From the human T2T-CHM13v2.0 reference genome, Homo sapiens: a DNA stretch of 64,000 bases. The notes beneath the pieces are model-generated. The model had not been told where the DNA came from. It worked only from the letters and a program-made list of their open reading frames with translations, and ran no database searches. The position numbers and the translations under genes are program-made. Location of the stretch: assembly GCF_009914755.1 (NCBI RefSeq), contig NC_060938.1; one strand, given 5' to 3'. Shown in pieces: positions 1-13,602 of this stretch (its first letter is position 1; each line of letters starts with the position of its first letter).

Positions 1-214
1 CCTCAGCCAAACATTTTGCGACATTATTCATACTTTCAGTGAATAAAGCATGATTTCCCTGTGTGGTTTGTGCAATACATTGAAGTTTTAATATTTCATA
101 GTTTATTTTTGATTTTATGAAGTATATTACTATGAGTCTATTAACTCATATATCCATTAAAATTATGAACTTAATATTAGATACTAGATATCCATCCTTT
201 GAGAAAACTCTCTG

Positions 215-385
215 CCATTTATAACCTTACTGAGTTTCCTCAAAATCTCATTTTTTTCATCTGTAAGACGAGGAAAATAATGTTATCTATGTCATATGTG
301 ATTAATATTTTAAAATGTCCATCTAAAACACATAGACCAGGATTTAGCACGTTATACACACTCAGTAATCATTAATTACACTTAT
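215..385 (+). mobile_element. MIR SINE remnant
   Basis: Degenerate MIR core (ttttcatctgtaagacgaggaaaataat...tagcacgttatacacactcagtaa); boundaries approximate. Confidence 0.6.
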
Positions 386-1369
386 CAACAGTTATATAGA
401 TATTATTTACCATACCTGGAGTTTGAATTTAACCCATTTACATATATCCTTATTTACTGTTTTTTCAAATGTCAAGATAACTCTCACCTATCATCTGTAG
501 CAAATGCCCACCTCTAAATAAATAACATGAACAATGTGCAAGATAATTCCATTTGAAGATTAATTATAAGTTATGAAGCTGTTTCTTACTGGCTTTTCCA
601 GTTATTGACCACTGGGGTCTTAGATTACACCAAAATCTCTGATTAAATATTGGGCACTAGAAAGAAGGTTACTGAAATTTCTGGATTGTAATTAGGGCAA
701 AATGTACCCTTAGAGTTAAAAGTGCTTCTGTTACTTGGCAAGAAACTGAGTACTTCATACCCTTAGGAATGCTCTTTCACTTCCTTCCTTGTCGTCATCT
801 GACGATTTGGGTGCAACTATTGCGGAGAACAATTACAGTCCTGGTTGGGCAACATGAGAAAACCACTTCAGTGAAAGGGCTGCTCATTATCAGCCTACAT
901 TCTGCTGGGGCTGCCCTGGATTTATTACCTGGATCCATATTTCTAATTTTCTATACCTTTTATCACTCCAGCCTTTTATCCTGGGTAATTCATATATGCC
1001 TATTGTCTCAGTTTGGGGTTTTCTTGCTTGCTCTCCAAACAAATCTACCAAGGCTAACCTAGAGTAAATATATACATATATACACATATGACATGCTTGC
1101 ATATGTGTCTCTGTATGTGTATATGTGTGCATATGTTAAAGTTAGCTTCCTAACACTGAATAAATTTGTCCAAGCTTATAGAATCGTTGGTGGAGGGAAA
1201 TCTAAAGATCTAAGTCTAGAATCTAGGGCTATTTTTCTGTGGCCTAACACTGCGTTGTTATGTGCAACACACCATGTTGCATGCATTACTCACATAATTT
1301 TTGGTCCATGGAACTTATAATAATAAATTTTGAATTAATGATAGCTTAATCTGCATATATGTTATAATA

Positions 1370-1463
1370 ATAGAATTTGATATAGGGGTGGGATTTAAAA
1401 GTTATTTGGTCCAATCATAGAATTTGATGCAGGTGTGGAATTTAAAAGTTATTTGGTCCAATC
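1370..1463. repeat. 47-bp tandem duplication (2 copies)
   Basis: 1370-1416 and 1417-1463, atagaatttgat...ttggtccaatc, 4 mismatches. Confidence 0.95.
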
Positions 1464-1640
1464 TTTTCTGTCAAGGCAGGAACTCTGTCTGGCATATCCC
1501 TGACAGAAGATAATTTAAACTTTTATTTATAGTATGCAAGAAAGAGGTCCCTCAAAACCTCATAAATGAGCACATAAGAAGAAAATTCTATTCACATAGA
1601 AAAATACTTCCTTAATTTGAATTGTGCTTATTTTTCTCAA
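1370..1640 (-). mobile_element. L3/CR1 LINE 3' end remnant
   Basis: catagaatt...tggtccaa...gcaggaa...atccctgacaga resembles the reverse complement of the L3/CR1 3' terminus as recalled. Confidence 0.55.
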
Positions 1641-1724
1641 TATATCTGCTATGGCCCTAACTTTTATTTATAATTGGCTAATTTGCTAATGTATATGAGA
1701 GTGAAGGAATCTCAGATTACTTAT

Positions 1725-1800
1725 CATCTATCTATCTATCCACCTATCTATCTATCCATCCATCCAATTACCTACCTATCCCTATCCATAATCTAACTAT
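1725..1800. repeat. (TCTA/TCCA)n degenerate microsatellite
   Basis: tctatctatctatccacctatctatctatccatccatcc. Confidence 0.85.
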
Positions 1801-3894
1801 GTATTCAAAGTAGGTAAGAAAGACAGAAAATTCTCCAAATCCATATATAATCTAAACATACACTTTAAACAGACAAGATTCCAAGAACACTAGAAGAAAA
1901 TGAAGGAATACAAAGCTTTTAACCACATTTAAATGAAAAAGCCGCATAATCTACTTTTGCCTCACAGAGGAAGGCTTAAATACATAAGTAGCTATTTTCC
2001 ACCTGACAAATGTGACCATGAACAGAGCACGTTTTATAATTTTAATTCTTTACATGAGCTTTCAAGTACCCTGAGCTATAATAAAAGACATTTTGATGTC
2101 TGTCTTAAACCATTCGGAGAAGGGCTTTCTACATGATCGTGCTATTTTTCTTATTTGCTGAAAAATAATAAGCTATGGTGTGTATATATATTTCCCCAAG
2201 ATTTATAAGACATATGCCTGCCTCTATTATTCCCAAACACAATCTGTTACAATACTTATGTTTATCATTATTATGCCTGTCAATTCTTTTTGTTATTATT
2301 ACATATTTACCTCAAAATTTTGATGCATCACAGAGAGAACATTCCTATTGAGTCAGATTCAGTTTAAAAGTATAAAAAGAGAATAAAAAATATATATGTT
2401 TTGTTAAAGATTTTAAATCAAACAAGAGAATGTGATATGGGCATCTATTCTTAAAAAGTTCCAAATATTTCTTATAAAATGTGCTTACTATTACACATTT
2501 TATTACTAATACCATTACTATTGGAATTGTGAAACTTCAGGATTCATTAAATCAATGCCATAGAGGTTAGGATAACTCCTACATTTAAAGATCACGTAAG
2601 TTTTCCCATTAGGATATAGTATATTCATTATAATATACCCTTTCTTCAGCATATCTAAGGCTTTGAACTTCAAATAGCTGCAATAAAGAGGTGAGAAGAA
2701 AGGGTTTAGGGAAAAAGTTGCCATCTTGCCCATACCATGGTAGGAAAGGCACATAAGAACACAATGGACTCCCTTGTTAACAACTATATCTCCTCTAAAT
2801 AATAGAAACCAGGATCTGATATATTTCAGTTATAAGCATTTTATTTATCTCCTTATTCAAAAATCTCAGCAGGATCACATTCTTCCAGAATAAAACATTC
2901 TCATCAATACTTACAACACTGAATAGAGTGAAGATATAATGTAATACAATGAATAATAAGTTAAAGAAAAGATCCTTGATGTAACTATTTTTTCCTACAA
3001 ACCAACTATTTTTTTTTACAATTGTGCCATTTGCTGAACATATTTTATGCGTTTAAATAGAAGCTGTTGACCTCTCTTACCCCAATAATGTTCACTCCCT
3101 ACGTAATCAAAACTCTGTATGCAATTTCTTACATTTGTTTCTTACTAGAATTTATAATTTATTTCTTCTATATGGTGGCTCAAAGAAGAGATTCTTTTAA
3201 AAATGTGTGTACTGTTAAAATTTTATTTGCAAAAGAGTCAAGCAATGTTAATTTTTGAAAATAATTAATAACTTTTATTTATGTAGTTCAGTTGATCATG
3301 GAGATGGAATACCATAAAAGAAACACTTGAATTTCAAGTTATCTATATCTAATCATTTTAAACTATAACAATATATTATTGTAGTATGAATAAAACATGC
3401 CATTCAACTAATGATAAAGGTCTAGTTATCCTTCCATGCCTTCTCTATTGCTCATACAAAGATACTCAACCTATATACACTTAAGTGGGAGTTTTGCTGT
3501 TGATTTATTTCCTAAGTGGAATTATACTATATATAGTTTCCTACCTTTTAATCTTACCCATTTTTAATGGATATCTGTATAAGTTAGTAGATAGAGACAT
3601 AACTCAATATTTTCTAGTCCCTTGTGTACATAAATAGGTATACATAGTATCACACATGTTAATGCATTTAGTTTTCTTTTCTCTTTTTTTTTTTTACTTT
3701 TTTAAAACAGTTCCTCTCTTCTCTCCTCTCCTTGAGCCTTTTTAAGCCAGTTAGCCTTAGTTAACATTCAGTGTATATTCTGTAGTACTTTCCAACACGC
3801 TCAATCTATACTTACAGAAACATGCACAGAGAGTTTTTTTCTTCACTGTGTAATATCTTATTTAAAACAGTCTGATTTTCTATATGGGTCACAT

Positions 3895-4190
3895 GGGTGT
3901 GACACATAATTTGTGTTGGTTAGTTCCACCATCATTCTAAGTCCTTTCAAGCATAACTTCTTGTAACGAAGCAGCAAAAACAGCTGACACTGTGTTTTCC
4001 TGACTTCTGTGTAGCTAGTGTTCTGATGTGGGAAAGAAGCTGAACACAAAGCAGTCATTGTGCTGGCATGTTTCAAGGTGGAGACAGGAAGCTTTTGGAG
4101 CAGAAGCTTTGGCAGAACCTTTATGATTCCTAAGGTTCTTGATCATGGCTCTCTGACCTTGCCAGTTGAGCAGCGTGGTTTTGGAAATCA
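3895..4190 (+). mobile_element. ERVL LTR fragment (LTR33/LTR16-like)
   Basis: Motif ttcctgacttctgtgtagctag resembles LTR16/33; lies upstream of ERVL internal sequence. Confidence 0.45.
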
Positions 4191-4192
4191 CT

Positions 4193-4662
<470 letters not shown>

Positions 4663-4749
4663 TGGCCCTAGGATTTTAACCTTTTAGCTTAACGTGGTTG
4701 TAGAACAATGGAGAGTTTTTTTTTCTTCTTTTAATTTCCTGGAATGTAA

Positions 4750-6740
4750 CTCATCACTTCTTTTAGAGATACTGAAACTATAATTAGGAGAATTTGTGTC
4801 TGTCTGCATGGAGTTTAATTTTCAGCATCTTCTATTTCATTATGTGACAAGTGGAAAATGAATAAGAAACATTGGAACCCACAGAACTAAAACCACGATG
4901 CTTGGAAGAATTGGAAAACCTCAAGGTATTCCATATTCCCAGACTCCCTTGAGCTTCCATTAGTGACAAAGGTGGCCTTTTCTCTCCTGTCTGAGGATAC
5001 CAGTCTTGTCTTCCTGGAAGACCATATAACAACCATCTAAGTCAATAATCTTGTAAGACGATATCAACTTCCTTAATGCCCCACCACTACCACCTATCGC
5101 TAATTACAGACCTATAACTTGGAGTCAGATCAGTGCATGGTCCAGGGACAAACTATGAAGTATAATTAATTCTGAAGGGGAGAAACAGATTTTACTAACT
5201 TCAGTCACTCTCAAGCTGAAGAGTATATACAGAAAATGAATTTAGAGTTTACTAGACAAAAGAGGATGACATAAAGTCATAGTTCAGACTGAATTTATTA
5301 CTACTGATGTACTTCCCAGAGACTATTAATTAATCTATGTGGTAAGAGTGGTCTCCTTATATGTTTGGCTGATTGGCCAAACCTACACTCATGGTGGCCT
5401 ATAATGAATAAATTTGAGAGGAAAAACTTATTTGGTTGTTATTTAGTGTAGAACACATTTTCTTCTATTAGAATCCACGGTGTGGTGATATTGATCCACT
5501 CAGACCACAATGTAAAAGTGTGAAGGTGAGATTTAGGGTGGCGGGAAGTCCAGCATGACAGCCAATATTACCATTTTTTATGTGTGCCACCACAATGTTG
5601 GAAGGCTTAGGAAGCCTCAACTGAAAAATGCATGTGCAAACTTTTGAACATGAGAATGTTACACTGAATTTACTATGAATACTCTGTTATCTGCGATTTA
5701 ACTGTTTTCTCTGGAAAGCCGAGATAAAATTTTCTTTAATAAACCCTAGAAAATACACTGGAAAAGAGAGTACAAGCGTCCATGACAGAATCTTCCATAA
5801 CAGGAAAGCAGGTTCATCCTCTATAGTCTGGAAATAAGGGTGGGAGATGTTACCACTGTAACAGGTTTACTGATTTCAATTTGGACAAAAGAATGCCATG
5901 AGCTCTTAGGGTATCAAGATCCCTTTGAAGGAAGGGGAGGCAAGTTACAATTGAGAAATGGCCTTACTAACATCATACCTGCTATGCCGTAAATGTTTCT
6001 TCTTTTTATCTGCAAAGGGAGCTGTGCTCTTTATCAGAGTAACTATGCAATAGAAAAGAAATAAGCAAAATTTAGGGGATGCTTAGAGAGACTGCCATGG
6101 TGATGTACTCATGAGAGGGGGGCTTATGAAATTTAGATAGTATAGTTGTGATACAACCTTGTCTCATGTTGGTTTCAGCGGGATAGAAGAGGCAATGAAC
6201 CCATCCTGTAGTTATTAGTAACCATTATAGTTGGTGAATATTTAAAATAAATGAGGTACTCACCCTGTTTCCATGACTCATTTCCAAGAGTGCTATCAGG
6301 TTAAAAAGATTCAAGTGGAAACCTCTAGATCATTCTCTACTTATAAGGATTACTCTGAAGATAAGGCATGTTTTGTTAGAGAATCAGGGAGACTGGGATC
6401 ACGACTAAAGCCTTGAAGCTCACAACTGTAGTGACTGTTATTACATCCATACTTAGCTACCATATTTATACTCAAAAGAAACATGATGGTGGAGAATGGT
6501 ACTGACAATTGAAAACTGAATCTTATGTGATGAATCCAATTTCATCTGTGTTTCAGATATGTTATGCTAATTGGAACAAATCAACAGTCTCCATCATCTG
6601 GTATATAACTACTGAGTTGGAAATGATTTTAAATTTACTTTAAAAAAATGTCTCCCCAAATTGATTTCTCTGGCACCATTGTGCCTTTTGTTTGCATCAA
6701 TTTTCCTCATCTGTGCCATAATTTAGTTTTTCCAGGTACA
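4750..6740 (+). mobile_element. Degenerate ERV-L (class III) internal region, gag to pol/RT
   Basis: gag-like agacctataacttggagtcagat at ~5108; 6490-6630 resembles ERVL RT (WRM...RKLN...LEQIN...WY...DL) with stops and frameshifts. Confidence 0.7.
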
Positions 6741-6769
6741 ACTATTTTCATGAAATAGGTAATAATCAT

Positions 6770-7394
6770 CTCAGTGCATGTTTTACCCTTTTACTTCATA
6801 TGGGCGTATCCACAAACATTAGGTATTATTTTAAAATTTATTATATAAACAGTGGTCTTCTGTAACAGGCTATGATTTGTTTTCCCTTAAACAATGTTTT
6901 TCAGATTTATGTATGCTAATGCATGTAGCTTTACTTAATTTACACTCCATATTTAACTTTTATATTTGTTAATTATATCTATATCTACATATGTATAATT
7001 TTAACCATTTTTATTAGGGACATTTATATTTTTTCAAAGGTTTTATAATATGGATTACTACAATGAATATTCGTTTCCTTGGGCACATGGGCAAAATTCC
7101 TTCTAGATTACAAAATGAAAATAGGATTATTGAGTCATGGGATATGTAAATGTTCATTTTACTATTACATTCTAAATTACACTCATAAGTGGTTATGCAA
7201 ATTTATACTTACTAGAGTATTGTATTAAAATTCCCATTGTTCTACAACTTGTGAAAATTTTGTATTGTAAGACTTAAATAATTGCCAGTCTAATGTGTAT
7301 GAAGTTTCGTAGCAATTGTATTTGGTACCTATTCATATCCTTTATATATAGGAAATTTGGGCATTCTCTGTGTATTTTATGTTCATGTCCTTTA
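6770..7394 (-). mobile_element. Old L1M (L1ME-like) 3' fragment
   Basis: Highly diverged antisense L1 3' UTR and ORF2 C-terminus (gtggttatgcaaatttatact, gttcatgtccttt). Confidence 0.65.
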
Positions 7395-10300
7395 CTGGGT
7401 CAAATGGTAGTTCTGTTTCTAGATCCTTGAGGAACTGCCACACTGTCTTCCACAGTGGTTGAACTAATTTACATTTCCTCCAACAGTGTAAAAATGTTCC
7501 TATTTCCCCACAGCCTCATGGGCATCTGTTGTTTCTTGACTTTTTAATAATCACCATTCTGAACTGGCATGAGATGATATCTTATTGTGGTTTTGATTTG
7601 CATTTCTTTAATGATCAGTGACGTTGAGGTTTTTTTTTTTTTAATATGCGTGTTGGCTGCATAAATGTCTTCTTTTGAGAAGTGTCTGTTCACGTCCTTT
7701 GCCCACTTTTTGATGGGGTTGTTTTTTTCTTGTAAATTTATTTAAGTTCCTTGCAGATTCTGGATATTAGACCTTCGTCAGATGGGTAAATAGCAAACAT
7801 ATTCTCTCATTTTGTAGATTGCCTGTTCACTCTGATAGTAGTTTCTTTTGCTTTTTAGTTTAATTAGATTCCATTTGTCAATTTTAGCTTTGTTCTAATT
7901 GCTTTTGGCGATTTCATAATAAAATCTTTGCCCGTGCCTATGTCCTGAATGGTATTGCCTAGGTTTTCTTCTATTGTTTTTATAGTTTTGGGTTTTACGT
8001 TTAAGTCTTTAATCCATCATGAGTTTATTTTTGTATAAGGTTTAAGGAAGGGGTCCAGTTTTAACATATGGCCTATGGCTAGCCAGTTTTCCCAGCACTA
8101 TTTATTAAATAGGGAATCCTTTCCCCATTGCTTGTTTTTGTCAGTTTTATTGAAGATCAGATTATTGTAGATGTGTGGTGATATTTCTGAGGTCTCCATT
8201 CTGTTTCATTTGTCTATATATCTGTTTAGGTACCAGTACCATGCTGTTTTTGTTACTGTAGCCTTGTAGTATAGTTTGAAGTCAGGTAGCATGATGCCTC
8301 CAGCTTTGTTCTTTTTGCTTAGGATTGTCTTGGCTATATGGGCTCTTTTTTTTGGTTCCACATGAATTTTAAAGTAGTTTTTTTCTAATTTTGTGAAGAA
8401 TGTCAATGGTAGCTTGATGGGAATAGTATTGACTCTATAAATTACTTTGGCCAGTATGGCCATTTTCACAATAGTGATTCTTCCTATCCATGTGGATGGA
8501 ATGTTTATCCATTTGTTTGTGTCTTCTCTTATTTTCTTGAGCAGTGGTTTGTCGTACTCCTTGAAGGTCCTTCACATCCCTTGTTAGCTGTATTCCTAAG
8601 TAGTTTATTGTCTTTGTAGCAATTGCAAATGGGAGTTCATTCACGATTTGACTCTCTGCTTGTCTATTGTTGGTGTACAGGAATGCTTGTGATTTTTGCT
8701 CATTGATTTTGTATCCTGAGATTTTGCTGAGTTGCTTATCAGCTTAAAGAGTTTTGGGGCTGAGGCAATAGGGTTTTCTAAATGTAGGATCATGTCATCT
8801 GGAAACAGAAACAATTTGACTTCCTCTCTTCCTACTTGAATACACTTTATTTTTTTTCTTTTGCCTGCACCCCCTGGCCAGAACTTCCAATACAATGTTG
8901 AATAGGAGTGGACAGAGAGGACATCCTTGTCTTGTGCCAGTTTCCAAAGGGAATGCTCCCAGCTTTCGACCATTCAGTATTATATTGATTGCAGGCTTGT
9001 CACAAATAGCTCTTATTATTTGGAGATATGTTTCATCAATACCTAGTTTATTGAGAGTTTTTAACATGAAGTGATGTTGAATTTTATTGAATGTCTTTTC
9101 TGCATCTACTGAGATAGTCATGTGGTTTTTGTCATTGGTTCTTTTTATGTGGTGGATTACATTTATTGATTTGTATATGTTGAACCAGCTTGCAACCCTG
9201 GTATAAAGCTGACTTTTTTTGTGGTGGATAAGCTTTTGGATGTGTTGCTGGATTTAGTTTGCCAGTATTTTGTTGAGGATTTTCTCGTCGATGTACATCA
9301 GGGATATTGGCCTGAAGTTTTCTTTTTTGGTTGTGTCTCTGCCAGGTTTTGGTATCAGGATGATGCGGGCCTCATAAAATGAGTTAGGGAGAAGTCCCTT
9401 CTATTCACTTGTTTGGAATATTTTTATAAGGAGTGCTACCAGCTCCTCTTTGTTTCTCTGGTAGAATTCAGCTGTGAATCTGTCTGGTCCTGGGCTTTTT
9501 TTGTCGGTAGCCTCAATTTCAGAACCTAGTATTGGTCTAGTCAGGGATTCAACTTCTTCCTGGTTTAGTCTTGGGAGGCTGTATGTGTCCAGGAATTTAT
9601 CCATTTCTTCTATATTTCCTAGTTTATTTGCATAGAGGTGTTTATAATATTCTCTGATGGTAGATTTTATTTCTGTGGGGTCAGTGATAATAACCCCTTT
9701 ATCATTTTTATTGTGTCCATTTGATTCTTCTCTCTTTTCTACTTTATTAGTCTAGCTAGTGGTCTATCTATTTTGTTAATTTTTTCAATAAACCTCCTAG
9801 GTTCATTAATTTTTCAGAGGGTTTGTGTGTCTCTATTTCCTTCAGTTCTGCTCTGATCTTAGTTATTTCTTGTCTTCTGCTAGCTTTTGGATTTGTTTGC
9901 TCTTGCTCCTCTAGTTCTTTTAATTGTGATGTTAAGATGTTGATTTGAGATCTTTTTAGCTTTCTGATGTGGGCATTTAGTGGTATAAATTTCCCTCTTA
10001 ACACTGCCCTTAGCTGCATCCCAGAGATTTTGGTATGTTGTCTCTTTGTTCTTCTTGGTTTCAAAGAACGTCTTGATTTCTGCCTTAATTTTGTTATTTA
10101 CCCAGGAGTCACTCAGGAGCAGGTTGTTCAATTTCCATGTAGTTCTGTGGTTTTGAGAGAATTTCTTAATCTTGAGTTGTAATTTGATGCACTGTGATCT
10201 GAGAGACTGTTATGATTTCAGTTCTTTTGCATTTGCTGAGGAGTGCTTTACTTCCAATTATGTGGGTAATTTTAGAGTAAGTGTTATTTGGCACTTAGAA

Positions 10301-10872
10301 GAATGTGTATTTTGTTGATTTGGGGTGTTGAGTTCTGTAGGTATCTATTAGATTCACTTGATTCAGAGCTGAGTTCAAGTTCTGAATATTTGTGTTAATT
10401 TTCTGTCTCATTGATCTGTCTAATATTGACAGTGGGATGTTAAAGTCTCCCACTATTATTGTGTGGGAGTCTAAGTCTCTGTAGGTCTCTAAGAACTTGT
10501 TTTATGAATCTGGGTGCTCCTGTATTGGGTGCACATATATTTAGGAAAGTTGGCTCTTCTTGTTGAATTGAACCCTTTACAACTATGTAATGCCCCTCTT
10601 TGTCTTTTTGGATCTTTTTGGTTTAAAGTCTGTTTTGTCAGAGACTAGGATTGCAACCCCTGCTTTTTTCTGTCGTCCATTTGTTTGGTAAATTTACCTC
10701 TATCCCTTTATTTTGCACCTATATGTGACTTCGCATATAAGACGGGTCTCTTGAATATAGCACACTGATGGGTCTTGACACTCCAATTTTCCTGTCTGTG
10801 TCTTTTTATTGTGGCATTTAGCCCATTTACATTTAAGTTTAATATTGTTATGTGTATATTTGATCCTGTCAT
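7395..10872 (-). pseudogene. L1 ORF2 (endonuclease/reverse transcriptase), disrupted
   Basis: ATG ACA GGA TCA start at 10872; overlapping ORF fragments between 8206 and 10131 show repeated frameshifts. Confidence 0.9.
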
Positions 10873-10936
10873 CATGATGCTAGCTGGTTATTTTGCATAC
10901 TAGTTGATGTAGTTTCTTCATCATGTCATTGGTCTT

Positions 10937-11964
10937 GATATTTTGGTGTATTTTTGCAGTGGCTGGTACCGGTTTTTCCTTTCCACATTTAGTGCTTCCT
11001 TCAGGAGCTCTTGCAAGGCAGACCCGGTGATGATGAATTCCCTCAGCATTTGCTTGTCTGAAAAAAAAATTATTTATCCTTCACTTATGAAGCTTAGTTT
11101 GGCCAAATATGAAATTCTTGGTTGAAAATTCTTTTCTGTAAGAATGTTGAATATTGACCCTCACTCTATTATGGCTCATAGGGTTCCTGCTGAGAGATCT
11201 GCTGTTAGTCTTATGGACTTCTCTTTATAGGTGACCTGGCCCTTCTCTCTGGCTACCCTTAGCATTTCTTCGTTCATTTTGACCTTGGAGAATCTGATGA
11301 TTATGTGTCTTGGGGTTGATCTTCTTTTGGAGTATCTTAGTGGTATTCTCTGTATTTCCTGAATTTGAATGTTGGACTGTCTTTCTAGGTTTGGGAAGTT
11401 TCTTGGATAACATCATGAATTGTGTTTTCCAACTTGGTTCCATTCTCCCCATCTCTTTCGGGTACTCCAGTCAGTCATAAGTTCTGTCTTTTTACATAGT
11501 CCCACAGTTCTCGGATGTTTTGTTCATTTATTTTAATTCTTTTTTCCTCTAATTTGCCTGCCTGCCTTATTTCAGCAAGATAGTCTTCACTCTGATATTC
11601 TTTTTTCCACTTGATTGATTTGGCTGTTGATACTTGTGTATGCTTCACGAAGTTCTTGTACTGTGTTTCTCAGCTCCATCAGATCATTTATGTTCCTGTC
11701 TAAATGAGTTATTCTAGTTATCAGCTCCTGTAACCTTTTATCACGATCTTAGCTTCTTTTCATTGGGTTAAAACATGCTCCTTTACCTCAGTGAAATTTG
11801 TTATTACCCGTCTTCTGAAGCCTACTTCTGTCAATTTGTCCATCTCATCCTCCATCCAATTCTGTGCCATTGCTGGAGAGGTGTTGTGATCTTTTGGAGG
11901 AGAAGAGGCACTCTGGCCTTTTGGGTTTTCAGTTTTGTTGTTGTTGTTGTTGATTCTTTCTCAT
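10937..11964 (-). pseudogene. L1 ORF1, disrupted
   Basis: MRKNQ start near 11964; C-terminal RYQPLQK-like sequence near 10960; frameshifted. Confidence 0.8.
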
Positions 11965-13551
11965 CTTCATGAGTTCATCTAGTTTTGATCTTTGAGGCTG
12001 TTGACCCTTGAATGAGGTTTCTGTGGGAACTTTTTTTGTTGATGCTGTCGTTGTTGCTTTCTGTTTGTTTGTTTTTTTTTCAATAGTCAGGTCCCTCTTC
12101 TGCAAGGCTGCTGTGGTTTGCTGGGGGTTCACTTCATGTCCTATTCATCTGATTCTTTCCCATGCCTGGATGTCACTCCAGGAGGCTGGAGAACAGCAAA
12201 GATGGGTGCCTGTTCCTTCCTCTAGGATCTCTGACCCCAAGGGGCACCGACCTGATGCCAGCAGGAATGCTCCTCTTTGGGTGTCTGACGACCCCTGTTG
12301 GGGACTCTCACCCAGTTGGGTGGCACGGGAAGCAGAATCTGTTTAATGAAGCACTTTGCCTGTTCCTTTGTGGAGGGGGGAGTGCTGAACTGGGGGAAAA
12401 CGCACTTTTCTGTGCTGCGCAGATTCCTCAGAGCTAGCAGGAGGGAAGAGTTTGCTAGTCTTCGCAGACTATGGGCCCCCCACCCACTAGGGGCTCAGGC
12501 CCAGGGAGATCAGAGTTCTGTCCCTGAGCCCTGGCTGGAGTTGTTGGAGTTCCTGCAGGGAGGCCCCACCCAATGAGGAGGGATGGTTCAGGATCTGTCC
12601 TGAAGAGGCAGTCTGGCTGCCATCTGCCACAGCCAGTGTGCTAGGCTGTGGGGAATACCTCTTAGGACCAAGCGTCTCACCTCCCTGACTCCAGCAGGGG
12701 AAAAGCACGCCCCTGGAGCTGTAAGTGATGGCTGCCGCCCCTCCCACAAGGAGCTGAGACAGCTTAAACAGCAAGCAGAAGTAGTGCTTGCTGCCCCTCC
12801 CCTCGGGAACTTGGCAGGCTTAGGCAGATTCCAGCTAAGTAGCTGTTGAGAATCTGTGCAGCTCCATGGCTGGGATCCAAGGCGCCGGTGGGGTAGGATC
12901 ATGAGTGGGATATTCCGAACCATGGGTTGCACATTTCCGTGGAAAAAGCACAGTTTCCCAGACTGGGTAGTATGTTCAGTCACTACCTCCCTTTGCTGGG
13001 GGTGTGGCTCTCAGGTGGGCTGCCGCACCACACTGCTCTTCCTTCCTCTCTGTGGGTCATGCCAGCTGCCTAGTCAGTCCTGATGACAGAACTTGGATAC
13101 CTCAGTTGCCTGTGCAGGATTCCCACGCTGTTTTGGTTCTTTTCTATGGGAGCCTTGATCACCTCTGCTTCCAGTTGGCCCCGCCCCCACCTGGCTTTCA
13201 GCTTTTCTCCATACAATGTGATTTTATCTGTGGATTTGTCACATAGGGCCTTTATTATGCTGAAGTATGCTCCTTCTATGCTTAGCTTGTTGAGAGTTTT
13301 TAAAATGAAGGATGCTAAATTTTATCAAATGTTTTCTCTGCATCGATTATGATGATCAGATTGTTTTAGTTCTTCATTCTGTTGATGTAACATATTACAT
13401 TATTGATTTGTGTATATTGAACCATTCTTGCATTCCCAAGATAATTCTCACTTGATCATGATGTATTTTTTTTTTAATGTGCTGTTAGATTAGGTTTGTT
13501 ATTTTGTTGAGGATTTTCCCCTCTATGTTTGTCAGGGATATTGGTCTATAG

Positions 13552-13554
<3 letters not shown>

Positions 13555-13598
<44 letters not shown>
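13555..13598. repeat. (TG)n microsatellite
   Basis: About 22 perfect TG units. Confidence 0.98.

Positions 13599-13602
<4 letters not shown>

Larger units (their letters stand above)
7395..13190 (-). mobile_element. L1PA (about L1PA8-L1PA13 age class), 5' end intact, 3' end missing
   Basis: 5' UTR begins GGGGGCGGGGCCAA at 13190; ORF1/ORF2 fragments in the ORF track ([43 protein letters not shown]); no 3' UTR or poly(A). Confidence 0.95.

Noticed and set aside
769-1062. 97-aa ORF in non-repeat DNA
   Set aside because: No recognisable homology or splice context; length is compatible with chance
11929-13352. Cluster of overlapping ORFs in GC-richer DNA that looks like a gene or CpG island
   Set aside because: It is the L1PA 5' UTR, with CpGs largely decayed
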